Part shown: piece by piece, positions 8,328 through 15,976 of the stretch
Position numbering within the stretch: position 1 is the stretch's first letter
How the letters are laid out: the number at the start of each line of letters is the position of its first letter
Notes under the pieces: model-generated
The model's database searches: none
What the model saw: only the letters and a program-made list of their open reading frames with translations
What the model was told of the DNA's origin: nothing
Position numbers and translations under genes: made by a program
Assembly (NCBI GenBank): GCA_031553775.1
Contig: JAVBLA010000024.1
Span: 381-64,380 of the forward strand
Direction of reading: 5' to 3'
DNA from: Bacteroidales bacterium
GTDB taxonomy: Bacteria > Bacteroidota > Bacteroidia > Bacteroidales > Azobacteroidaceae
DNA: 64,000 nt

Positions 8328-10487
8328 TTATTCCGCTTCCTGTTGTGCAGCTTCGTATTCCTTCAGCAATTTTTCCTGTACATCGGTAGGAACCAGTTCA
8401 TAGCTGGCAAATTTCATTACGAAAGAAGCACGGCCTCCTGTCAGGGAACTTAATGAAGTAGAATAGCTGGACATTTCTTTCAACGGAACTTTGGCATTTA
8501 GTTTTTCGTAGCCTTTTTCGCTGCTCATACCCATAATAACTGCACGGCGTCCCTGCAAATCACCCATCACATCACCCATACAATCGGCAGGAAGGGAAAC
8601 TTCCACATCGTAGATCGGTTCGAGGATTTTGGGTCCGGCTTGTTTGAACGCTGTACTGAAGGCATTCCGTCCGGCCAGCATAAATGAAATTTCGTTGGAG
8701 TCTACCGGGTGCATTTTACCATCGTACACAATTACACGTACATCGCGGGCATAAGATCCGGTGAGCGGCCCCTGCTCTATGCGTCCCATAATTCCTTTCA
8801 GGATAGCGGGAAGAAAGCGGGTATCGATGGAACCACCTACAATGCTGTTGACAAACACCAGTTTACCACCCCAGTCCAGTTCGATTTCCTGAACATCACG
8901 GGCCTGGATCTTGAATTCCTGTCCGTTGAATTTATATACTTCCGGCATCGGCAACCCTTCGGAATACGGTTCCACGATCAGGTGTACTTCACCGAATTGC
9001 CCGGCTCCACCCGATTGTTTTTTATGACGGTAATCAGCCCGGGACGATTTAGTGATCGTTTCCCTGTAGGGTATTTTCGGTTCGATATACTCGATCAGGA
9101 TTTTATCATTATTCTCGAGTCTCCATTTCAGGGTTTTCAGGTGGAATTCTCCCTGACCGGAAACGATTGTTTGTTTCAGTTCTTTAGATATTTCTACTAC
9201 CCAGGTAGGGTCTTCCGCACGCATCCGGGTCAGGACTTCACTGAGTTTTTCAGCATCGGCTTCGTTGACCGGTTTAATGGCGCGGCGATATTTAGAGTTA
9301 GGATATTTGATAAAATTGAATTGGTTTTCGCAACCTTTTCCGTTCAAAGTATTGCCGGTATTCACATCTTTCAGTTTAACCGTGGCGCCGATATCTCCGG
9401 CTACCAATTCCGGCACTTCGTTACGGGTTTGCCCGGCCACTACAAACATCTGGGCGATACGTTCCTTGGAGCCTCGATCGGCATTGAGCAGGTCGTCTCC
9501 CGTTTTGATTTTACCCGACATTACTTTGAAATACGATACGCGTCCGATATGCGGTTCTACGGTTGTTTTGAAGAAAAAGGCGCTGGTAGGTCCATTCGGA
9601 TCCGGAGCGACCTCTTTTCCTTCGGCATTTTGATAATGCGGCATATCGCTAACAAAAGGCACAACGTTCCCGAGGAATTCCATGGTACGGCGAACGCACA
9701 TGTCCCGTCCGGCACATACGCAGAAAACAGGAAACATACCCCGTACGATCAATCCTTTACGGATACCTTCGCGCATTTCATCTTCTGTCAAGCTACCCTG
9801 ATCGAAGAATTTTTCCATCAGGTTTTCATCATTTTCAGCGGCTGCTTCCACCAAAGCCTGGTGCATTTCTTCCGCTTTATCTTTTTCGGAATCCGGAATA
9901 TCCAGAACTTCAGGCACTCCGCCCTCCGGTTTCCATTGGTACATTTTCATTTTAAGCACATCGACCACTGCATTGAACGATGGGCCACAGGTAATAGGAT
10001 ACTGGATGGGAACCACTTTGCTCCCGTATGTTTCTTTCAGCTGGTTCAACACATTGTCGAAATCGCATTTTTCATTATCCAGCTGATTGACAATGAAAAT
10101 AACCGGTTTGTTTAATTTTTCGGTATAGCGGAACATATTGATGGTTCCTACTTCCACACCATACTGTCCGTTGATTACCATCAGGGCCGTATCGGTAACG
10201 TTCAGGGCGGAAACAGCGCCACCCACAAAGTCGTCCGAACCCGGGCAATCGATGAAATTCAGTTTTTTGTTCATCCATTCCACACTGAATACTGTGGAAA
10301 ATACGGAATATCCGTATTCTTTTTCCACCGGGAAATAGTCGGAAACCGTATTGCCGGCTTCGACCGTACCCCTACGTTTTATAACTCCACCCTCGTAAAG
10401 CATTGCTTCTGCGAGAGTGGTTTTCCCAGCGCCAGAACTACCGATAATTGCGATGTTCTTGATTTCATTTGTTTGATAAACTTTCAT
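8328..10487 (-). CDS. elongation factor G paralog (EF-G2-like)
   Basis: 719 aa. G1 GSSGAGKTT, G3 DCPGSDDF, G4 NQLD, with EF-G domains II-V collinear. G3 has Ser where canonical EF-G has His (DTPGHVDF). Confidence 0.9.
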   Translation of the reverse strand: MKVYQTNEIKNIAIIGSSGAGKTTLAEAMLYEGGVIKRRGTVEAGNTVSDYFPVEKEYGYSVFSTVFSVEWMNKKLNFIDCPGSDDFVGGAVSALNVTDTALMVINGQYGVEVGTINMFRYTEKLNKPVIFIVNQLDNEKCDFDNVLNQLKETYGSKVVPIQYPITCGPSFNAVVDVLKMKMYQWKPEGGVPEVLDIPDSEKDKAEEMHQALVEAAAENDENLMEKFFDQGSLTEDEMREGIRKGLIVRGMFPVFCVCAGRDMCVRRTMEFLGNVVPFVSDMPHYQNAEGKEVAPDPNGPTSAFFFKTTVEPHIGRVSYFKVMSGKIKTGDDLLNADRGSKERIAQMFVVAGQTRNEVPELVAGDIGATVKLKDVNTGNTLNGKGCENQFNFIKYPNSKYRRAIKPVNEADAEKLSEVLTRMRAEDPTWVVEISKELKQTIVSGQGEFHLKTLKWRLENNDKILIEYIEPKIPYRETITKSSRADYRHKKQSGGAGQFGEVHLIVEPYSEGLPMPEVYKFNGQEFKIQARDVQEIELDWGGKLVFVNSIVGGSIDTRFLPAILKGIMGRIEQGPLTGSYARDVRVIVYDGKMHPVDSNEISFMLAGRNAFSTAFKQAGPKILEPIYDVEVSLPADCMGDVMGDLQGRRAVIMGMSSEKGYEKLNAKVPLKEMSSYSTSLSSLTGGRASFVMKFASYELVPTDVQEKLLKEYEAAQQEAE

Positions 10488-10619
10488 GTTATTTCATTTT
10501 TAATCAGATTAAACAATAAAGATTGTTTGATACTCTTTTCAGATGAGGGCGCAAATTAGGAAAAAAACTCAGATAATAAAATTAAAAAAAGATGTTATAT
10601 AACATAAAAAAGAAAAGTT

Positions 10620-10627
10620 TACCTTTG
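10620..10627 (+). promoter_or_regulatory. putative -7 box (TACCTTTG) for hemW
   Basis: TAnnTTTG match ending 4 nt before the ATG at 10632, which implies a leaderless or near-leaderless mRNA. Confidence 0.45.
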
Positions 10628-10631
10628 CAAC

Positions 10632-11777
10632 ATGGCCGGAATTTATATTCATATCCCTTTTTGCCTGAAACGATGCGTATATTGTGATTTTTTTTCGACG
10701 ACTTCCCTGAAAGAAAAAATGGCATATACCGACGCTTTGTGCCGGGAAATCGAACTAAGGAAAGACTATTTAAGCGAAAAGGATATCCAGACGGTTTATT
10801 TCGGAGGAGGTACTCCGTCTTTGCTGAAAGCAGATGATTTCGGTAAAATTTTCGAAAGCATTGCTGCCATTCCTGATAAACACAATAAAATATCCGTCAA
10901 CCTTCAGGAAGTAACTTTAGAAGCAAATCCGGACGATATCACACCTGATTACTTAGCAAATCTGCGGCAGCTCCCTTTCAACCGGATCAGTCTAGGCATA
11001 CAAAGTTTCCTGGATGAAGATTTACAATTCCTGAACCGCAGGCATGATGCCACCCGGGCATTGCAGGCTATAGATCAATGCCGGGATGCCGGATTCGACA
11101 ACATCAGTATCGACCTGATCTATGGTTTACCTGGGCAAACACAAGAAAACTGGATCAGGAATATAGACCTGGCTATCCGGTCGCGAGTCTGCCATATCTC
11201 AGCTTACCATTTGATTTATGAAGAAGGTACCCGTTTGTATCGCATGCTGCAGGAGAAAAAAATCCGTGCTATCGATGAAGAGTTGAGTGTAAATATGTTT
11301 TCCGATATGATCGACCGGTTAACAACAGCCAGCTTTATTCATTATGAGATATCCAATTTCGGCAAGTCCGGTTTTTTCTCCCGGCACAACAGTTCTTATT
11401 GGAACGGGACACATTACATGGGCATCGGAGCGTCAGCCCATTCTTATAATGGAACAGGCAGGCAATGGAATGTATCATCATTAAAAAGCTATATCGATCA
11501 CATTTCAGGGGGGATCGTTCCGGCAGAAGCAGAAATCATAGATCCGGCAACAGCCTATAACGATTATATCCTTACAGGATTAAGAACGATGTGGGGAATC
11601 AATCTTCAGCAAATAGAAAACCTTTTCGGAGAAAAACAACGGGAATATTGCCTGAAACAGGCCAGGAAACATATTTGCGGAAATATGCTATCATTGGAAG
11701 GAGATATTCTCCGGCTGCAACGGCCGGGTATTTTTGTATCCGACGGAATTATCAGCGATTTGCTGATTGTACCATAA
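10632..11777 (+). CDS. hemW: radical SAM heme chaperone HemW (HemN-like, oxygen-independent coproporphyrinogen oxidase family)
   Basis: IHIPFCLKRCVYCDF CxxxCxxC radical-SAM motif at the N-terminus. About 380 aa with HemN-family layout. Confidence 0.85.
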   Translation: MAGIYIHIPFCLKRCVYCDFFSTTSLKEKMAYTDALCREIELRKDYLSEKDIQTVYFGGGTPSLLKADDFGKIFESIAAIPDKHNKISVNLQEVTLEANPDDITPDYLANLRQLPFNRISLGIQSFLDEDLQFLNRRHDATRALQAIDQCRDAGFDNISIDLIYGLPGQTQENWIRNIDLAIRSRVCHISAYHLIYEEGTRLYRMLQEKKIRAIDEELSVNMFSDMIDRLTTASFIHYEISNFGKSGFFSRHNSSYWNGTHYMGIGASAHSYNGTGRQWNVSSLKSYIDHISGGIVPAEAEIIDPATAYNDYILTGLRTMWGINLQQIENLFGEKQREYCLKQARKHICGNMLSLEGDILRLQRPGIFVSDGIISDLLIVP

Positions 11778-12213
11778 ATGCATTATAGTACTCCGGATTG
11801 CCGGTCACTTCTTCGCCCAACCAATCCGGTTTTACATATTCTTCTTTTTCGTCCTGAAGTTCCAGTTCGGCTAAAATCAAACCTTCATTCAATCCGCTGA
11901 ACACATCGACTTCAAAAACATGACCGGCACAAGGTACATAATTCCGCACCTTGTCTATTACAGGAAACGGACTCATCCGGATCATTTCCCGGGCATCGGA
12001 CACGGGAATGGGATATTCAAATTCCAGGCGGGAAAATCCATTGTTATCTGCTGCACCTTTAACTGTAAGGAAGGCCTTCTCTCCCTTGATCCGGACACGG
12101 ATGGTCCGGTCTTCCGAAATACAAAGATAAGCCTGAACAATATGTACCGCATGGGTAATAAATGGAGTAAAATCTCCTTTTACCAGGAATTTACGTTCTA
12201 TTTCCAACGCCAT
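11752..12213 (-). CDS. CYTH domain protein (CyaB/ThTPase-like triphosphatase)
   Basis: ATG at 12213 gives MALEIERKFLVKG, the ExExK CYTH signature. About 153 aa. Confidence 0.8.
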   Translation of the reverse strand: MALEIERKFLVKGDFTPFITHAVHIVQAYLCISEDRTIRVRIKGEKAFLTVKGAADNNGFSRLEFEYPIPVSDAREMIRMSPFPVIDKVRNYVPCAGHVFEVDVFSGLNEGLILAELELQDEKEEYVKPDWLGEEVTGNPEYYNAFMVQSANR

Positions 12214-12223
12214 AAAGACAGTA

Positions 12224-12820
12224 TTACTTATAACCTTTTCCGTAAGTAAATGAAACAGGAATATATACGGGGCTCGTAATAACCTGACCGCCAACACTCA
12301 TGCTCGGGCGCAATTTAATAGTCACTTTACTGGGAGTATCGCTCAAACCGGCAAAATTGAAAGCCATATTTTTCACTGCATCGGCAGATTGCCCACTCAA
12401 TACCTTTTTCAAATCGAACGACAACTGCATAGGAAGTGTAGATGTTGCCCCACCTGCTACCGACAATTGCTGATTAAGTAAACCTTCGGTCATTTGCACA
12501 TCATCAATTTCCAGAATATACTGCAAACCACTCAGAGCAGCAGCCTGTGTACCCGGATTTTTCACATTCAGGTTCAGGGTGAACTGCAAGGGCAGTGAGC
12601 TTTTAGATAAAGATGCCAGTAAACTGGCTGCCGTAAGCGGATTTAAAGACGACAGGGAAGTGGCACTCTGTAAGTCTACTCCTCCTAAATTCAATCCCGA
12701 GATGGATTTATAGGTGTACTGGCACTGGGTGAGGTTGTAGGCACTGCCTGCGACTTGTTTAGCTACATCGCAAGAAAGGAATAACAGGATTACGCTTAGT
12801 AAAGAGATTGTTTTTTTCAT
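12224..12820 (-). CDS. lipoprotein, possibly LEA type 2 (LEA_2/WHy-like) family
   Basis: ATG at 12820 gives MKKTISLLSVILLFLSC (lipobox). Beta-rich, about 198 aa; the family call is tentative. Confidence 0.5.
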   Translation of the reverse strand: MKKTISLLSVILLFLSCDVAKQVAGSAYNLTQCQYTYKSISGLNLGGVDLQSATSLSSLNPLTAASLLASLSKSSLPLQFTLNLNVKNPGTQAAALSGLQYILEIDDVQMTEGLLNQQLSVAGGATSTLPMQLSFDLKKVLSGQSADAVKNMAFNFAGLSDTPSKVTIKLRPSMSVGGQVITSPVYIPVSFTYGKGYK

Positions 12821-12847
12821 CTGTTTGAAATTTAATGTTTGTGTAAT

Positions 12848-12933
12848 TAACTTTTTGTCTTGAAACAAAAAGTTACAAAAAATTCAAGGCTATGCATTGG
12901 AAAATGTTCCTTTTTTCTTGATAAAAAAGGAAC
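12848..12933. other. two perfect 11-bp hairpins with near-identical loops
   Basis: TAACTTTTTGT-CTTGAA-ACAAAAAGTTA (12848..12875) and GTTCCTTTTTT-CTTGAT-AAAAAAGGAAC (12906..12933), upstream of the lipoprotein start at 12820. Confidence 0.6.
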
Positions 12934-13026
12934 CAAAAATTAATTTCATTGAAAGTGCTACGCTCCACAATAACCATGCAAGCATGCTTATTGCTCTCGC
13001 TTAAACGCACTTTTCAAGGCTGCGTT

Positions 13027-13140
13027 CCATTGGCTAAAAAATACTGCGTTACGGCTAAGAGAAAAGAACTCGCACCTCCGGTGCTCAGACAGCTTTTCTC
13101 TTTTAACGCCTACACTGCGTATTTTTCTTTACGCCACTGG
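13027..13140. other. 114-nt extended imperfect hairpin in a GC-rich intergenic island (candidate ncRNA or palindromic element)
   Basis: Nested complementary arms: 13027-34/13133-40, 13037-44/13119-26, 13046-51/13104-09, 13057-66/13093-102, 13072-75/13081-84. Confidence 0.4.
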
Positions 13141-13306
13141 CCCGAGGCCGGATCGAAGCCTCATCAGCAACGCATTTAATCAAATTTAAAGACTTCAAAT
13201 ATCTTATTAACTTTAAGGACTTTAAATTAATCAGATGGGATCGACTCTTCAATTTTTCTGCAAAAATACAAAAACTGTTGAAGCATAGTTACAATAAGGT
13301 AAAAAA

Positions 13307-14359
13307 TTATTTTATTGTAACCATGGTTGCGCCGAAACCGTACTCCCGGAAAGAGGCATCCTGACAGGGATAATTTTTATATTTGGTTTTTAGCTCTGTA
13401 AGAATGGCATTGCGGAGTACACCATCGCCTTTTCCGTGGATAAACACGATTTTTTGTCCTTTCCGGTCCTTCATTTTTTCAAGAACTTCACGAAATTTTG
13501 TCAACTGGTATTCCAGGATATCAGCGTTAGACATTCCCGTGGTAGAATCTAATAATTGATTGATATGCAGATCTACTTCTTCCACCGGATTTACCCTGAC
13601 TTTTTTCTCTATCGGTTGAGGAAGACGTTTGTCTTCTTTCTTCTTTTGCATCATGGATTCCTGCAATTCAACAGAAGAAACGAGATATTCCCTTTCCGGA
13701 ACATCATTGATTACCACCGGATAAACGATGGCATCATCTTCGAAGAAATCGTTTTCCCGGAAACAGTGGATTTTATAGAATTTTACCGTATCTACCCTTA
13801 TTTCAACACTATAGGAGTTCTTTAGTGTATAAGGTTTATCCTGCTTGTATGCTACAAACTGGATACAAACATGTTCCAGGCTATTCAGGTTTTCTTTGCT
13901 GAACTCGTGGAGAAACATCTTGGTATTCGGTTCTATCAAACCATTGTAAAGACTCTGCCAGGCATTATTTTCCCGCGACATATAATTGAATAAGAGAAAA
14001 TAATTGCTATCGTTAATTAGATAGGCTTCATAATTTCCTTTGACAATATCTTTAATATCTTCTGGCAAATAAGCGATATATACATTCAACCGATCTCCTC
14101 CAGGAAGCTCTTTTACGAGAGATTGTTCCTGCACCTTCTTCATCTCAATTACAGGAACCGGCTCCGGCTGCACCCTTGTTGGCGGAGGTGTATGGCGTGT
14201 TTGTGTGTCATTTTCTTCAATCACCACGCATTCACGGATCAGTACCGGGGTTTCGAAACCGTCTTCTTCCTCTACCAAGACAATGTCTTTTCCCTGAAAA
14301 CTACGTACAATGCCTCCTCCTATAGAGCTGAGGAAGCGAACTTTATCTCCAACTTTCAT
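13307..14359 (-). CDS. Smr domain protein (DUF2027-like N-terminal region plus C-terminal Smr nuclease domain)
   Basis: ATG at 14359 (MKVGDKVRFLSS). C-terminus DLHINQLL...IVFIHGKGDGVLRNAI matches the Smr/MutS2 C-terminal signature. Confidence 0.8.
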   Translation of the reverse strand: MKVGDKVRFLSSIGGGIVRSFQGKDIVLVEEEDGFETPVLIRECVVIEENDTQTRHTPPPTRVQPEPVPVIEMKKVQEQSLVKELPGGDRLNVYIAYLPEDIKDIVKGNYEAYLINDSNYFLLFNYMSRENNAWQSLYNGLIEPNTKMFLHEFSKENLNSLEHVCIQFVAYKQDKPYTLKNSYSVEIRVDTVKFYKIHCFRENDFFEDDAIVYPVVINDVPEREYLVSSVELQESMMQKKKEDKRLPQPIEKKVRVNPVEEVDLHINQLLDSTTGMSNADILEYQLTKFREVLEKMKDRKGQKIVFIHGKGDGVLRNAILTELKTKYKNYPCQDASFREYGFGATMVTIK

Positions 14360-14366
14360 CTTTAGA

Positions 14367-14436
14367 AATTGATAATTGAAAATTGATAATTGAAAATTAG
14401 CATTCAGGCATTTCATTTTCAGTTTTCAATTTTCAA
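14367..14436. repeat. heptamer-built palindrome (AATTGAW x4, 17-nt loop, inverted copy)
   Basis: TTGAAAATTGATAATTGAAAAT (14376..14397) pairs 20/22 with ATTTTCAGTTTTCAATTTTCAA (14415..14436). Lies between the Smr start and its putative -7 box. Confidence 0.7.
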
Positions 14437-14452
14437 TTTTTAATTATTGAGG

Positions 14453-14460
14453 CAAAGGTA
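14453..14460 (-). promoter_or_regulatory. putative -7 box (TACCTTTG on minus strand) for Smr gene
   Basis: TAnnTTTG match 93 nt upstream of the ATG at 14359. Confidence 0.4.
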
Positions 14461-14544
14461 GGGAATTTTCATTACTTTCACAGAATATACGGAGTCGTCT
14501 CGGAGAAATTGCGAATAAATTCGCATTTCCCTCTCAGCTTTCAC

Positions 14545-14552
14545 TATATTTG
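14545..14552 (+). promoter_or_regulatory. putative -7 box (TATATTTG) for queA
   Basis: TAnnTTTG match 19 nt upstream of the ATG at 14572. Confidence 0.5.
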
Positions 14553-14571
14553 CGGAAAGTTTTACAGAAGA

Positions 14572-15798
14572 ATGGACAAAACTCAACAGATCAGGATCGA
14601 AGTGTATGATTATCCGTTACCAGATGAAAAGATTGCCAAATTTCCATTGGAAAAACGAGATGAGTCTAAATTATTAATATATCGGTCGGGCGAAATTTCG
14701 GAAACCAGATTCAAACAGATCAGTGATTACTTACCTGAAAATGCCCTGATGATCTTCAATAATACCCGGGTAATCCAGGCTCGTCTTATTTTCAGGAAAG
14801 AGACAGGTGCCCGGATCGAGATTTTTTGCCTGGAACCCAAAGAGCCGTCCGATTATGTTCTGGCATTCCAGGAAAGGAAATGTTGCAGCTGGCTTTGCAT
14901 GGTAGGGAATGCTAAAAAATGGAAAAACGGAAAATTGGAGTTGATTTCAACCCATGACATGGAAAATGTCATCCCGATTTCTGTTACCGCAGAAAAAATA
15001 GAAAGCTATGGAGAAACCGCTCTCATTCGTTTTGAATGGAATAACGACAAACTGTGTTTTGCCGATATCCTGGAACAATACGGAGAGTTACCCATTCCTC
15101 CTTACCTGAACCGGAAAACAGAAGAAAAAGACAAAGTAACTTATCAAACGATTTATTCTAAAATCAACGGTTCTGTGGCTGCACCCACAGCCGGGCTGCA
15201 TTTTACTCCGGCAGTTTTCGACAGTCTGAAAGAAAAAAATATTATCCGGGAAGAAGTTACACTGCATGTCGGCGCCGGTACTTTCAAACCAGTGAAGAGC
15301 GAAACCATCGAAAATCACGAGATGCACACCGAATTGATTTCGGCAAACAAAAAAACCATAGAGCTTCTCTTGCAATATACAGGCAAAGTATATGCAGTGG
15401 GAACCACTTCTGTCAGAACACTCGAAAGCTTGTACTATATAGGAGTAATACTTGAAAAAAATCCGGATCCCGAACTCTTCGAAATATCCCAGTGGATGCC
15501 TTATCAGGAAGAGAATAATAATATCTCCACCCGGAAAGCACTGGAAAATATTATCCAGTATCTCAATAAAAAACAACTGCAAACAGTAACCGCTCATACA
15601 CGCATCATGATTGCCCCCGGCTATACATTCAAAATTATGGATGGGATTATTACCAATTTTCATCAGCCGAAAAGCACGTTATTGTTGTTGATTTCAGCAT
15701 TTACAGGGGAAAACTGGAAAAAAATCTATGATTATGCACTGAGGAATGATTTTAGGTTTTTGAGTTATGGGGATAGTTGTTTGTTAGTTAAGAGTTAA
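14572..15798 (+). CDS. queA: S-adenosylmethionine:tRNA ribosyltransferase-isomerase
   Basis: ATG at 14572 (the listed start at 14509 is TTG). Motifs YDYPLPDEKIA, VGTTSVRTLES, TNFHQPKSTLLLLISAF and FLSYGDSCLL are QueA signatures. 408 aa. Confidence 0.9.
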   Translation: MDKTQQIRIEVYDYPLPDEKIAKFPLEKRDESKLLIYRSGEISETRFKQISDYLPENALMIFNNTRVIQARLIFRKETGARIEIFCLEPKEPSDYVLAFQERKCCSWLCMVGNAKKWKNGKLELISTHDMENVIPISVTAEKIESYGETALIRFEWNNDKLCFADILEQYGELPIPPYLNRKTEEKDKVTYQTIYSKINGSVAAPTAGLHFTPAVFDSLKEKNIIREEVTLHVGAGTFKPVKSETIENHEMHTELISANKKTIELLLQYTGKVYAVGTTSVRTLESLYYIGVILEKNPDPELFEISQWMPYQEENNNISTRKALENIIQYLNKKQLQTVTAHTRIMIAPGYTFKIMDGIITNFHQPKSTLLLLISAFTGENWKKIYDYALRNDFRFLSYGDSCLLVKS

Positions 15799-15930
15799 GA
15801 ATTAAGGATTTTATTCTCTGTATTTGGGAGAAGTAATTCTTTTGCACTATGTAGAAGGGATAAAAAAGATGATTTTTATTCAGGATTTGAAGATTCCTAA
15901 CTCTTAACTCTTAATTCTTAACTCTTAACT
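15786..15930. repeat. palindromic intergenic repeat, family A (RTTAAGA heptamer arms), copy 1
   Basis: Left arm AGTTAAGAGTTAAGAATTAAGGA; right arm is its inverted copy with two extra heptamers. The core of about 86 nt is homologous to the copy at 22032..22168. Confidence 0.75.
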
Positions 15931-15976
15931 TTTATTTTTCTGCAATATTTCAGCCATTTTTCAGTTATATTGTGTA

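Noticed and set aside
8174-8389. 71-aa plus-strand ORF
   Set aside because: It spans a promoter box, the EF-G terminator hairpin and the 3-prime end of the EF-G paralog gene, so it is not credible as a gene.
8709-10115. 468-aa plus-strand ORF
   Set aside because: It is entirely antisense to the EF-G paralog. It has F/I/R/H-rich low-complexity composition typical of shadow frames and no signature motifs.
13141-13165. tRNA-like T-arm (GAGGC CGGATCGAA GCCTC)
   Set aside because: The loop is 9 nt rather than 7. I could not build an acceptor, D or anticodon arm around it.
12949-13179. 76-aa ORF in the GC-rich intergenic island
   Set aside because: It has a non-ATG start and no coding-like composition, and it coincides with nested inverted repeats. 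It is better explained as structured non-coding DNA or RNA.
15786-15930. CRISPR array or invertible promoter (inverton)
   Set aside because: The repeats are 7-nt tandem units forming inverted arms, not 25-40-nt direct repeats with spacers. The enclosed core has no TAnnTTTG box on either strand, and no recombinase gene is nearby.
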